Shown here one piece after another: positions 51,501 to 64,000 of a stretch of DNA of 64,000 nt. Every line of letters starts with the position of its first letter. Position 1 is the first letter of the stretch. This DNA comes from Phoronis australis (lineage: Eukaryota; Animalia; Phoronida). A model generated the notes under the pieces. It saw nothing but the letters and a program-made list of their open reading frames with translations, made no database searches and was not told where the DNA came from. Both the position numbers and the translations under genes were made by a program. The stretch covers positions 1,174,218-1,238,217 of the forward strand of contig NMRA01000015.1 in NCBI GenBank assembly GCA_002633005.1. The letters are read 5' to 3'.

Positions 51501-54500
51501 AAATTTTGCAATTTTGTCAAGGATTATGTGGGCAAAACAGCTGAAGTATTATGGTTGCAGTTGTCTTTATGAATATGTAGATTGCAGGTCAACTGTTGCT
51601 ACTGTCTATGAACATTTGAACAATAGTTCATAAAATTTGTGGTCATCAGTTCACACCGGTTTGTTTTGACCCCATACTTCTGTTCTAGTTGTGTATTATG
51701 TGTGAATTTTGTTTACTGTTTAATGCTTGCTAATTATTTTGGTTCAATATTATTAATGACCATTATTGTAATGCAACGAGAATGCAACTAATAGGTATTT
51801 AGTAAAATGTGTATCTTTGTTCTTCTAGACGACAGACACTTTTGTAGATCAAGTACAGAGCAACGCTCGTCAGTTTGGTACAACACAATCTGTGGACAAT
51901 CTTTACGAAGTTGATGAGAAGTTACGCGAGGTTGTGAGGGCGCGAATGTATGCATTTGCTAAAAGTTTTGCTGATATAGACTATGCAAAGATTGGGGTGG
52001 TTTCAAAGGCAGACTTCAGGGATGTGTTAAACAAGCATGCCTTCCGACTGTCTGATGAACAGGTAAAGTTTATGTTCCATCATAGCTACAGTGTTTTGGC
52101 TGAGAATCTCTTATTTCCTGTTACATGTGATTAACATATTCTAATATTATGTGATGCATTAATAATCAGTAATATATGTCTATGTTTGTGCTGAGTTTTA
52201 GTTCACGTTACGCGACTGCTTGCAACTGAGTTGGGGGATTATTATTTTTTCAGCTGCCCTTGTTCAATAGGCAAGGGAATATAGAAACACTGGAAAAATT
52301 TTTACAAATGTTTTTGTTCGGCATATGCGAATGTGTGGCAGACTTGAAGAATATAGTTAAAGTATTATTAAAATAGTAGTGCACGTTTACTTATTTAATT
52401 GACAAATTTCTGTTGAAAATGAGCAAAATGAGTAACGTATTCAACCAAAAATACTGATTAAAAATATGGACTACTTAAATAAGGTATTCAAACTTACCAA
52501 AGCATTTAATATCCTGGCCTACATGTGGATAGCTGAGGTCCAGACTTCTTGTGTCAAAGTTATGGCATTCGTCATCTCTGCCTATTCTTCCTGTAGTTTG
52601 ACCAACTCTGGCTTACTTTGGATGTCAATCAATTTGACAACGTGGATTACCGAAGGTTCTTGAACCGATATTGCGGTGGAACAGGAACATCCCCTCGTCC
52701 CCCCTCTGTTGGCGAGCAAAGACCCCCGTCCGAGAGGGCCTCGTCTGTTGTTCTAGGAAGAACGTCAAAGTCACCAAATGGAGTCACTTCTCCAAGGCAA
52801 ATGACGTCACCCAGGAATGGAGACCTAGTAAGTATATTGGTCCGCTGCATATATCAATTGTGTTTCTTTAACATTAACCCTCATCACAGTAGTGCAAAAA
52901 GGATCGGTTTAAATATCACTAAATAATTTCATGAGGTTGGCAGAATACAAGTTCATGTTGTGAATTGATCTTACTCATTTCATTCAGACACTAACTCACT
53001 TCACAAGGGTATTAAGGTAATTGCATGATAAAATGCAGAAGGTAAAGTAACCGAATCCTCCGGCACATTCCACTTAGTGCTTATCATGGTTAGAAATCAA
53101 CCGGGAAGGTGAAACATAAACACATTCTCTGAGACACTGCATACTCGTAATGTGGACATCTGTTCTAAAAGTATTTCAACTTGCAAACAGATGAGCTCAC
53201 ACCTTGAGTGGCATGCTGTTGAAAGGGATTATGAATTAAAAACTTTAAATTTTAGTAATTCAGCATTCCTTTTTAATTGAGCAACATATTCTAGAAAATT
53301 TGCCATTTTTAACCCACTGTTATATATTAAATCTGTTCTTCATATTGATAGTTCTGACCGTATGTGTGTCTTTTCGTGTAACAATGCAGCAGTGTCTGTA
53401 ATACAGTGTGTTGTATGCTTTGTCATGACAATTGTGACATTTCTGACAATATTGAATATCTGCTGTTCCAGAATGGTCTTCTTCGCGTTGAATCTCGTTC
53501 GCATTCTCGTCTTCATACACCACTGGTGAACGCAGAACCATTGGAAAAGAGAATACAACAGAAAATATATAGTCACTGGAAAGCGATACAGAAACAGTGC
53601 CGTTCCCTTGACCCACAAAACAGAGGAACAATTCCTGTGTCAGAGGTCAAAGGTGAGATTTTTATTTTGGTGACATAGGTTAAGTTCTTTTTGATGTTTT
53701 GGAAAGTAAATAGTTTTATTTTAAATTCAGAAACTCCGGTTGTAGGTGTAGGATGCTTGAAAACTTTTAACATTATTGATATTATTTCACTTGAGCTTCA
53801 TTTTGTATAATCACCGAGACCCGCGCTTCACGTGCACAGCCCGTTAAATTGCTTGGTCGTCTCTTAGTCCGAAACTTTGAACAGACATCACGATTTACCA
53901 GTTAGTGTTGTGAGGACAAAAAATGATGAACAAGATGCTTACAGTTCATCCTGTAGTGACCATGTGACGTTCTTACCCCCTGTCTGTCCCGGCATCGAAA
54001 TAATTTTAGGTCTTTATTGTAAATGTCGATGTGAGATAGAATTGATTGTTAGTGTCGCATTTTACTTTCATTATGTATGTGTGGTTTCAGGTTTGATGAC
54101 TAAAATTGGCCTGGATATGAATGAAGATGACCTAGATGTGCTGGCAACAAAATATGACATTGACAACAATGGCCAGTTCTGTTATACCAACTTTCTGCAT
54201 CAGTTTGTGATCACAATGAAATCTGACGACTTCACTGGAGCGAGGAAAAAACTACAGGAGCCGAGGGAGGCAGTAAGTAATGAAAATGCTGTTGCAATAA
54301 TCAAGATATTAGCCTTGAAGGTTCCTTTACAAAACAACATCCAAAGTTTTCCTATTTGATGTCTGAAGGAAAATCAAATATCTGTGGTAAGGTCTGCCAT
54401 CAGTTATAGAGCACAAAATTAATGCGCAAAGTTTCATGCAAATCATCCAGTCTCCAAACAACTACAGCATGTTTAGGGTAGCAGTGAAATATATAGATTC

Positions 54501-55002
54501 AATTTCATGAAATATATGTGGAAACTTTTTATTAAAAAACAAATGTTGACAATTACTGTCATAGACTATGTAGGACAAAGTGATTGTGTCAAAGGTTAAC
54601 AATTATTGTTTAGACTATTTAGAACAAAGTGATGTCAAATCCTTTACTTGCTTTGTTTGATTCATTTGAAAATTCATTCTGAAGTGCAAAATTTCTTTAC
54701 ACTTTTTATTTCTGTTCTTTCAGATGTCACCCGGAATAAATAGCGCCAGTTTCTATGATGTCTTGGCACGAGTGCAGAAAAATGTCTTGCTGCACTGGAA
54801 AGAGATGAGACGGAGGTTCCGTTCCATCGACTGCGACGGCGTTGGCGTTGTAAGCCCACTGCAGTTCCGGAAAGTTCTCAAGGAGTTTAGTATCAACCTG
54901 TCTGAGGATGAGTTCTTCCACCTGATGTCGTTTTATGACAAAAAGTTGGTGGGAAAAATAAGCTACAATGATTTCATTGGGGCGTTCTTGAAAAAATCGT
55001 AA
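33572..55002 (+). CDS. EFCAB6: EF-hand calcium-binding domain-containing protein 6-like, 26 coding exons, 1533 aa as reconstructed
   Basis: Phase-consistent exons: 33572-33722, 35278-35372, 36202-36318, 36834-36925, 37219-37425, 38161-38267, 38505-38623, 39008-39156, 39871-39981, 40496-40616, 40859-41104, 41770-41930, 42555-42722, 43141-43312, 43738-43992, 44560-44792, 45123-45338, 45735-45968, 46746-46901, 49450-49642, 50390-50581, 51829-52062, 52597-52827, 53472-53652, 54091-54272, 54724-55002 (4602 nt). Repeated EF-hand pairs (DYNRDGKIQRHDF, DTNKDGYISVAEF, DIDNNGQFCYTNF) and the C-terminal GKISYNDFIGAFL resemble EFCAB6. Confidence 0.88.
34212..34631. mobile_element. MITE-like element with a perfect ~41-bp inverted repeat
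   Basis: TGCTGTGCGTGAACTTGGAATCCTGCTTAATCTCAAGATTA at 34212 and its exact reverse complement ending at 34631; no clear TSD. Confidence 0.75.
35661..36156. repeat. 38-bp minisatellite, ~13 copies
   Basis: Unit CATGTTTGCATGA(A/G)AAGGTAATATCTGATGTTATAT(A/G)C. Confidence 0.95.
39320..39660. repeat. Degenerate AT-rich tandem repeat (~55-60-bp unit)
   Basis: Recurring TAATTTTACTATACACTATATATACTGTATTACAT motif. Confidence 0.7.
46204..46577. repeat. 36-bp minisatellite (some 39-bp units), ~10 copies
   Basis: Unit GGATTCACTGTACAGCTATTGAAGTCAATATTACAG. Confidence 0.95.
46957..47030. mobile_element. Miniature hairpin element (CAG TSD); a related inverted copy lies at ~16735-16810
   Basis: ATTTTGAGAACCAGTTT...AAACTGGTTCTCAAAAT stem; the loop is also similar between the two copies. 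Confidence 0.65.
47368..47463. repeat. 13-15-bp tandem repeat, ~7 copies
   Basis: Unit TGCTTGTTGAGAA(TA). Confidence 0.9.
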
Positions 55003-55185
55003 GATCTTGTGATATTTTGCATCAGTCTTTCATTCTGGATATTGTTCCTAAAACATTTGCCAATTCAGTTAGTATTCTTTGATACAAGGTATTTTTAAAC
55101 TTCATGTCGATTTTAATCAAAGTGCTTTATGCTTTAAAACATTCTCGAGCTTTATGTTGTCCAGAATTATGTTTGTTTTATTTTN

Positions 55186-55750
55186 TAGAACAAAGTGATG
55201 TCAAATCCTTTACTTGCTTTGTTTGATTCATTTGAAAATTCATTCTGAAGTGCAAAATTTCTTTACACTTTTTATTTCTGTTCTTTCAGATGTCACCCGG
55301 AATAAATAGCGCCAGTTTCTATGATGTCTTGGCACGAGTGCAGAAAAATGTCTTGCTGCACTGGAAAGAGATGAGACGGAGGTTCCGTTCCATCGACTGC
55401 GACGGCGTTGGCGTTGTAAGCCCACTGCAGTTCCGGAAAGTTCTCAAGGAGTTTAGTATCAACCTGTCTGAGGATGAGTTCTTCCACCTGATGTCGTTTT
55501 ATGACAAAAAGTTGGTGGGAAAAATAAGCTACAATGATTTCATTGGGGCGTTCTTGAAAAAATCGTAAGATCTTGTGATATTTTGCATCAGTCTTTCATT
55601 CTGGATATTGTTCCTAAAACATTTGCCAATTCAGTTAGTATTCTTTGATACAAGGTATTTTTAAACTTCATGTCGATTTTAATCAAAGTGCTTTATGCTT
55701 TAAAACATTCTTGAGCTTTATGTTGTCTAGAATTATGTTCGTTTTAATTT
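55186..55750 (+). repeat. 566-bp tandem copy of 54620-55184, including the last EFCAB6 exon (55290-55568); probably an assembly/haplotype overlap
   Basis: The copies are separated by a single N at 55185 and differ only at a few positions near their 3' ends. Confidence 0.85.
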
Positions 55751-56408
55751 AATCAAGTATTTTGGGGTTTTGGACTAAACTCATTTTGTCTGAGTGTGTC
55801 AAATTTCATATCACTCTTCAAGTGATTTACGTTTAACTTCAATAGACAGCTGATAGTTTAGATGTCTAAGCCTTATTAAATTGCTCAATTTTTTATTAGT
55901 ATTTAGTATTTATTAGTGTAGAACAAAGTTAGTTTCAATCAATTTGCTTTGTATGGGTAGAACCTTTGGCGTATCTTATTTTTCAAGTAAACTCGATAAT
56001 CTTTACGCACTATTTTTGCACTAGCTCAACTGTTAGCAATTTTCACATTTTTGTAGAGACGTAGGATTCCCGGGTGAAATGACCGTCGCTTTTTTAGAGT
56101 GCTAATCTTCTTGCTCAAAGTTTTGATCATGTAAATATTTTTAATTTGTTTTGTGTACAAGGGCGAAACTGTTGTGCTGTCTGGTGATAAGATTGCAATT
56201 AAAGTATGTTATCAGAATGTGCGCTTGTGTTCTAATATATCACTGTTGAGATGTGCTCTTTAAAGGCACCTACTGCTGTATTGGGGGGGGGGAGGTTATT
56301 AATGAAACTAAATTTTTTACATTACCCACAATCCCACACCGTGCCAAATACTTGTTTGTCACTCTACTGTGTAGCAAACTCTTTGTTGATACTGTGGAAG
56401 TGCGTACA

Positions 56409-56645
56409 CAGTGGGGTGCACAGGTTTGGTGATGCCCGGGGCATTTTTCATTGGATTCCCCCTCTACTTAAATGCATGGACCCCAGTATTTAGAAAAGTA
56501 AAAACTTTGAAACATAAAATAAAAACTTTATTCACTTTAACTACAAATCAGTCACAATTTCAAAAAGTTTTGTTGATTTGATGCCCTGGCAATATGTATG
56601 CCCAGCGCCATTGCCCTGTGGCCCCCTCTCAAGTGCACGCTACTC
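56409..56645. mobile_element. Possible degraded non-autonomous DNA element
   Basis: AGTGGGGTGCAC ... GTGCACGCTACT ends, with repeated TGCCC/GGGCA subterminal motifs around an AT-rich core; no TSD found. Confidence 0.35.
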
Positions 56646-59600
56646 TGGGCTTGCATGAACGAATATCGTAGAAATTGAAGCTGTGACAATGGAAGATCAT
56701 CCCGATAAAAATATTTTGAAGGTTACTACAAATACTTGCAACTCCAATGAAAGTAGAAAAGAAGAAATCAGATTGGCTATTAATTTTTAGTGTTAAATGT
56801 GGAAAGCAGTTTTCAAACATCTTGGACCACACACATAAAGCTGAACATAGTGTATGCAGCTGGTGGCTACAATTTTACATACAATTTGCAATGGCTGAAC
56901 AAGCAAGAACTATATTTCGTCTTTATTGTCACAACAGTAATTTTTGTATCAAAGGATAATGCATCTTGTCACATGACATGCGTGTACATTGTGTCATAAT
57001 CGTCTGCTTTGCTCGTGTTGCTGCTTGTCACTGTGGCATTGTTTTACACACGGCATGAAAGAAATCGTTATTAAAATTCAAACAATAACTTGAAACTTGA
57101 AAGGAGTCTTAAGGCTGGTTGAAAGAACCACACAGTCACCAATAAAGTGGTGTGCTGAGGAAGAGTATTGAGAAGGTATCTTCGAACTGATCACCCAGCA
57201 AATCAGTAATTTTAATGGTGAGTTGTAAACTACTAGTGTTAGTGGAAACTCAGATGCTGAAAAAGACTTACTCATCAACAAAATCTGATGCCCTCTTAGG
57301 ACTGGATATTAAGAAATAAATTGAGATTATTTTTAAGACTTGAATGAACCAGTTTATTGTACCTGTTTGTGTAGTTATTACTGCCAGGCTCACCTACCTG
57401 ACACAAATACAATAATTTATTGAAAATTGTATTTTTTTAAAGTCACAATGAGTAATCCAGAATTCTGCAGATCTGAAGAATTATGCCCCCATAATGTCCC
57501 CATACACACCTCCTCCCCCCCCTCCCCCCATTGGAAACCTCTACGATTCCATTTGGCGCAGCGTGTTAAAAATGATATCTCACACAGGAAATACAACTCA
57601 GAAGTAGGAAAAGCACTTAGTTCTTTGTGTAAATCAAAACATTGTTGTTGAAACTCTTAAGCCATTTTGCCCATACAATTATTGTCACCCGTATCTGAAA
57701 AACATTGGAGAAGAGGTTTAGTTCTACAACAGTACTGTTATTTGCAACTTACTAACATGCAGACAATTTTTGACACATTATTCATCAATTGTAACTAATT
57801 GTTTTTTTTAAAGACCAATTGAAATTGGTCTTTAACCTCATTGCTATTTATACAAAGTAATCAACAAATGTTGAGAAATCTGAAAATTTATATTATAGTG
57901 AAACAGTAAACAAATCATATAGGCAGCTACAGACCTTTATGTAATCAAACAGACAGAGTTAAATTACAGACAGAATAAGAACAGTGATACAGAAGAATTC
58001 AATGAAGGCAATTTTGGTCAAATCAGCACACATTTTATTAACAGCAAACATAAAAGAATTCAAACCTTTTAGTTTATTTCTGTAAGATCAAAATTAATAA
58101 AGAAAATTCGTCAAACATGAAGCGTGACACAGTAATGTCAATTCCCAGTACATCAGACAGGGCAGGTGAGGTATGTTCTCTCATTCCATTCACATGACTG
58201 TAATCAATAGTCGAGACAATCACCAATTTCAGCCCTGGACTCGGAACATACCAACTTATCATTTTACAAGAGAAATGCCAGAAATATGTAATGAAACTAA
58301 TACAACAGTGATTCAGCTGGTGAGACACCCGAGGTTTGTAATGAGTGACAAGATCGTAGCTTCACACTTCTGATTAAATTTTCAGTATTTTTTTCCATTA
58401 AAAATCCTTAAAAAGCTTCAAAACATTTTCAAGGGTAAATCAACGTGTCAAACTGATCAAAAATGTCCTCAAATAGGTAACATTTCCCCTTTCAGTATGT
58501 ATCCACCTTGTGCTGTCTTGGTGGTCACATGGTTAGTAAAGCTTAAGGTGACAATCTTGATACAGTAAACAGTGATGACAAACACCTTGACAAGAACAAC
58601 AAGCAGAATCTGAAATCTCAAACAACACAAGACTAATTGGCCTTTATGTTTTAGTTAAGTCATCAAAACACTTATCAATAACATTTTACCTGAAAACAAA
58701 CACCAACACAGCAAGAGGCCAGGCCAACACCGCAAACTTGTTAACACTTAATACAGAAAATAGAGTAAGAAATCAGCACAACTTTAACTTTGACCTTCAC
58801 AATATCAGCAACTCAAATACAACCATGATAGTAACACAAAACAAGCCAAACCACAATCAACCACACTGACACTTTGCCACAATACTTAAACTTATTTGCA
58901 AATTGGGATGATAGCAATAAAAACAATAATTAGCATGAAACTTATTTTTGAAAAACAATCTGAAATTGAACCGAAGATTCGAATGCCTTGGATAATTACA
59001 ACCAAAACAGGTATTGGCATTTTTCCAAACTAATAACACATATGACTATGGTCAGGATGACCTTACCATGACTGGTACGTTCATCCTGCTTTGTCGTAAC
59101 CCGCAAATGCAATATGACTTGAAGCATAGCGGGACATCTACAGTTCAAAGCGTACACTCATGGTTGCCGATTTCAGCTCAATCACTTAAGAATTAGGATC
59201 TGCACAAACATACACGAGTCAGCAACAAAATATAATTCACCAAGCAAATTGTGAATTTTGACAATTTTGATTTTCGCTTCTAACAGATGATGTAGTAGAG
59301 CACTGAACAAACAAAACAATCCTTCAATTGCACATGGATTCTCACTTAACAACAACAACCAACTAAAATTCTGATAAAAGTGATGAAAGCCAATGGTGTA
59401 AGACAAGAAATTACACAGTATAAATTAATAACCAACTGGCATGGCTACTGTTATGTCAAATTGTCTACTCTGGAGATAAACTGTGGGTAATTATGTCCGA
59501 ATATTTTTGGCACATACTGTAAATAATATAGACATTTATGCCATGATCATATTTGCTTTGGCTCGATTCCAATTACTGTAGCCTTCTCTCAGGACCAGTA

Positions 59601-59924
59601 ATGAGCAGTAGATAACACAAAACATTTTAATAAGGTGGTTAAACCATTCTGTAATTAGAATTTTGCTGCAATAACAGTTATTAGCATTCATTTTCACTAC
59701 TAACAGAATTAGGCCTAATGATGGAGAAACAGCACTTTTTCCCATTACTTTTATCAAGTACCATATTTGCAAATTGTCACAAAATAGCACTTAACATCTT
59801 TGCGACAGAGCAAATGTAGCAAGTTTAAAAAATAACCAAAGATATTTAATCAACAAGAACAGGTGGTCACAAAGCAACGTGCCAAACTGCTCGACATCAC
59901 ACCTAGTCCCTATCAAGTCCAACA

Positions 59925-61651
59925 TCAACAAATCCTCTCATAAAACAACAAGTAAGCCTGACATTTCAGCACCCTCTCTTCACTCACGGATTCTACATGG
60001 GAGTCACTGATGTGATACCAACTGCCATGACACTCCTGTTCACGAGACGGCTCGGTGGACGTATGTGAAAGTTTTTCAGACTCCTTCTCAAGCTCGTCGA
60101 TGGTTACATCGTGCCCGAGACCGTTGGCTTGAAGAAAATTTGTGAGGAGATCACTATGAGGCCTGGCCTTGACATACGCTGTGTAGTGTCCTCCGTGAAG
60201 ACGGCCGCCATGAACAACGACACCATACAGCCTGTAAAGCACCTTGACCTGACCCGGGTTGACACCCTGAAGAGACAGAAAATGGTAACAATAAATAATG
60301 AAGGGTTATTTAACTTTTCAAGTTAAAGCTTTCTAACACAGTGCAAAAATACATAACGACAATAAACCTGGTATAATAACATACAAACACTTTAAATACA
60401 TCATATATTTCTGAGTGCAGTCATTCCACAGGCACAAGTGATGAACAAGCTAGGATAGACATTCATCATCTCTACATTTTATACTAATTTGTATAGTAAC
60501 AGCTGACTGCAGAATTTGTATTTGGACACTACTCACAGAAACTCAGTCAAAATGGAGGTTACTGACAGGAAGTAGCTCTACATGGACTCATTACACATAA
60601 CATTGCAGCCTAATGAAGACCACTGGATTCAGTCTTAATGCCATTTTGTATTCAAAGGCGTCGTTGACACAGAATAAGAAGGTTGCGCACAACTTGGTAC
60701 ATCTCAAATTCATGAGACAATTGATGCCGCTGATTCAAGTTGCACCATGGTATCAGTATGCACCATGGTATCAGTATGCACCATGGTATCAGTATGCACC
60801 ATGGTATCAGTATGTACCATGGTATCAGTATGCACCATGGTATCAGTATGCACCATGGTATCAGTATGCACCATGTTAGTTTGCGCCGTGTCAAGAATGT
60901 AATGTATCATAAGGATTATACCTACTCTACATTTAGATGAACAAAACGGTGCAAGATCCAGCTCGACTGGGAACTCAACAATTTTGTTGTTCTTGCGAAG
61001 GCCATAACCAATCTGGAAGTAAGCAAAAATCTCAACACATTTAGTCATTCAAATATTCATTTACCCACTACATCATTTAACAGGTCAGTCTGCAAAATCA
61101 TTTATTTTTATCTTACTTCACTGTGGGCGAAAAATAATTGTAGTTCATGGTCAGATCAAAGAAATGCCCACGATTGCTTTCAGTGTTTGCTCATATTGAA
61201 ATATACCGTGCTTTAAGACTGACAGGTGCTGTTTAGACCCTTAGTTCCCCAGAGTTTTTGCCTCCTCAAGACAGGGTTACTCTGCTGAGGGTTTTTGCAA
61301 CAACTCACCACAGCAGAGAATTGAAACCAGAAGCTCACAGCTGTCGCCCTAATGCTTTCAGATTATGTAGATTATGATTGACAACCATATATAATTAGCC
61401 ACATATCTATAAAACTATTAGATTTTAACTCAGTAAAACTGTATATTTTCTGAACGTAGAATCCTGTAGAATTTGATTTTTGCCATTAATTGGATCATAT
61501 GACCACAAATGGACCACATGACCACATGTTTTAGTGCAATTCAGCTAAAAAGGACGATACATCGATAGCAAAACCACGATATCAATAAGAAACATGACGT
61601 AAAAATTTGTATACACCCATAAATCACACACACAGACACACAGACAGAAAA

Positions 61652-61682
<31 letters not shown>

Positions 61683-63677
61683 CACATTCACATATGCTCT
61701 AACACAGTCACATACGCACACAGAGAGACAGGCAGGCAGGCAGACAGACAGACACACATTCACACATGCTCTAACACAGTCACATACGCACACAGGCAGG
61801 CAGGCAGGCAGGCAGAGGCAGGCANACACACACACACGCACGCACGCACGCACGCACAGAGTCACAAATGCTCTAATGCAGTCATATATGCAAACAAACA
61901 CTCACCCACACACACAAACACAGTCTCATGAACACCAACACACAGTCACATACAAACACACGCATGTACGCTCACATAAATGCACATAACAGGTGATATA
62001 AGACAGACAGTAGTCACCTGTATGAATCGCTTGATGTGAAGTGTCAACACAGCAGGTGGGCTATAAATCATCATCTGCTTACTGGCATTGGTGAGAACCA
62101 TCTCTGCATCTTCTGCAAAGTGTGTGTAAGAAAAAAATGCAAATGAACAGGTCTAATCACATACAACTGACCGCACCAAATGGTCCAGAGAACATGGGGG
62201 AGCACTTTTGTCATAGCGAAATGTATCACATAAATAATCCAGGTAAAGCACTTAAATTTAAAATCAACATTTTGTTATTATTCTTCAACAAAATGGCCAG
62301 ATACATGAATTATCTTTAACATGCGAGACCAAGAAGAGATGCTCATCTCATCAAGGTGGGAAATAACCCAACAAACTCATAATGACAAAGTTAATTGTGT
62401 CTCGCGCTCTACCTACCAACACCAGGCTTCATCCTCTCTGTGCAAACATCACAACCAAATTTGTTGGCATCCCTTAACACTTCCTTTCCTGTGAACTGTC
62501 TCAGGCTGGCAATCACCGACGATCCAGACACGTTTTCCTGAGCTTCCGTTGCCAGAGGCTTCATGGCCTCCAATCTGGGATCACATTCAACGTCCACCCC
62601 ATCTCCATCCCTAGCAGGTCTGCTGTAGTCACTGCCGTTGCTGTTTTGTCTGCTGACAGAACGCTGGTTTCTCATTTTGTTATCGTTGCTATTTGCAGAA
62701 TTATTTCTTTTCAAAGAAGACTTGTTCCCATCAAATTTGGCCTCTTTTGATACTGATGTTTGACTCATGCTCTCTGAACTACTAGTAACAGAGTTATTAG
62801 GGCAGTGATTAGAACCGTTGACAGTTAGCACTGTGCTGGCCTCCAAGCCTACAGACTGTTCTAGTTTCTGCTCTGAGTCTATACTCTCATCCGAACAACT
62901 ACGTTTTGTACCTAAGGAGCTTTCAAGATCTCCGTTCTCCTGAGAAGCTGTTTGGGTTTCATCACCTGAGCTGGGCTGCATTGTACTTGGTATGTCCTCC
63001 TTAGCATTGCCACTTGACAAACATTTAACACCATTCTCGTTTTCACTCATCGTAGTTGGCGATAACTTGTCGCTGGTCTCAACCCCATCCCCGTCAGGAG
63101 CTGACAGTGTATCTGTATCAATATGAAGTTCATTCATCTTTTTCGCTAGATCAGACACCTCCTTATCTCCCTCATTGCCATTTGACAAACATTTAACACC
63201 ATTCTCGTTTTCACTCATCGTAGTTGGCGATAACTTGTTGCTGGTCTCAACCCCATCCCCATCAGGAGCTGGCGGGGTATTTGTATCAGTATGAAGTTCA
63301 TTCACTTCTTTAGCTAGATTAGACACTTCCTTATCTTCCTCATCAACTTGAGTTTTATTTGGCATGGGCTCATCATTGTCTTCACCTGGAAAATATATCA
63401 CACATTTCCTAAACATTGCATTCAATGATAAACTTGGTTCTTGTTATCATTATATAAATATGAAGTGATAAAATTGTTTTCACTGGTGTTGAACTCATTT
63501 CTTTGTGACATTACACACAATGAGTATATCTGAGATATTGCCAGCATCATTCTGAGTTTTAAGGTTGGATTTCAGATTTGTGTGTCCAAATTTACCTTCC
63601 TGAGAGAAATCCTCTTGTGTGGCTGCACCTGTCGACTGTGCTCGGTTCTTCCTCCTGTTTTGCTTGTTTTGTTGTTT
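59925..63677 (-). CDS. Ubiquitin carboxyl-terminal hydrolase, USP16/USP45-like, 3' exons 63677-63596, 63385-62417, 62112-62018, 61012-60926, 60266-59925; the gene continues past the window
   Basis: Phase-consistent exons give NKFGCDVC, TNASKQMMIYSPPAVLTLHIKRF, RKNNKIVEFPVELDLAPFCS, the His box YGVVVHGGRLHGGHYTAYVK and WYHISDSHV...QAYLLFYERIC. The long low-complexity insert is typical of USP16/45. Confidence 0.92.
60741..60874. repeat. 18-bp tandem repeat, ~7.5 copies, in a USP intron
   Basis: Unit TGCACCATGGTATCAGTA. Confidence 0.95.
61625..61985. repeat. Compound microsatellite (CA/CAGA/CAGG/CACG) with a repeated ATGCTCTAACACAGTCACATACGCA block
   Basis: Directly visible; includes an N at 61825. 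Confidence 0.9.
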
Positions 63678-63829
63678 CTGCAACAACAAAACCAATAGAA
63701 AACAACAACAACTACTACTACTATTAGCTTAGCCACGTAAATATTATTAATCAATGTCACCTGAAAAATTACAAAGTTTCATACAATCTGGACCATTTTT
63801 AAAAAAGTTACAACAAAAACAAATTGAAG

Positions 63830-64000
63830 TCACCACCAGGGGGCATAGCAGTAGTCAGAACAGTCCAAAGATTGGTGGTACTAATCTCTTCTGGACAGAC
63901 AAATGTCTATCAAATCACCACCAGGGGGCACAGCAGTAGTCTGAACAGTCCAAAGATTGGTGGTACTAATCTCTCCTGGACAGACAAAAATGTCTATCAA
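63830..64000. repeat. ~84-bp tandem repeat, at least 2 copies, running off the window
   Basis: CACCACCAGGGGGCA.AGCAGTAGTC.GAACAGTCCAAAGATTGGTGGTACTAATCTCT.CTGGACAGAC occurs twice. Confidence 0.9.

Noticed and set aside
54620-55750. Apparent tandem duplication of the EFCAB6 terminal exon, as a possible alternative last exon
   Set aside because: The copies abut an N at 55185 and are identical apart from a few end-proximal differences. This is typical of unmerged overlapping contigs or haplotypes; long reads would settle it.
60613-60940. ORFs with APWYQY / HHGISM / MVHTDT repeats resembling a neuropeptide precursor
   Set aside because: An 18-bp intronic tandem repeat that is open in several frames; no signal peptide or dibasic cleavage sites.
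61545-61901. 118-aa Cys/Val-rich ORF
   Set aside because: Translation of a microsatellite.

Overview
AT-rich, intron-rich animal genomic DNA, most consistent with an invertebrate bilaterian; the species cannot be determined from the sequence. Most ORFs in the track are noise. Four spliced genes can be rebuilt from GT-AG sites and phase. (1) The 3' end of a Shisa/WBP1/VOPP1-like single-pass protein (+, 619-1932). (2) A synaptobrevin/VAMP gene (-, 33003 to 7421). (3) A 26-coding-exon, 1533-aa EFCAB6-like multi-EF-hand gene (+, 33572-55002), head-to-head with VAMP. (4) The 3' part of a USP16/USP45-like deubiquitinase (-, 59925 to beyond the window end). The standout is the VAMP locus, which looks like a modular splicing cassette. 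It has two candidate first exons, an optional 66-nt N-terminal exon, two homologous 80-nt exons for the C-terminal half of the SNARE motif, three homologous 52-nt transmembrane exons and two alternative luminal-tail exons. These could give up to 24 v-SNARE proteins from one gene; this is inferred from structure, with no expression data. Also present: a 2.7-kb non-autonomous P-element-like transposon (TIRs, 7-bp TSD, decayed THAP domain), Harbinger-like MITEs with CWG TSDs, several minisatellites, and a probably artefactual duplication of the last EFCAB6 exon across an N.
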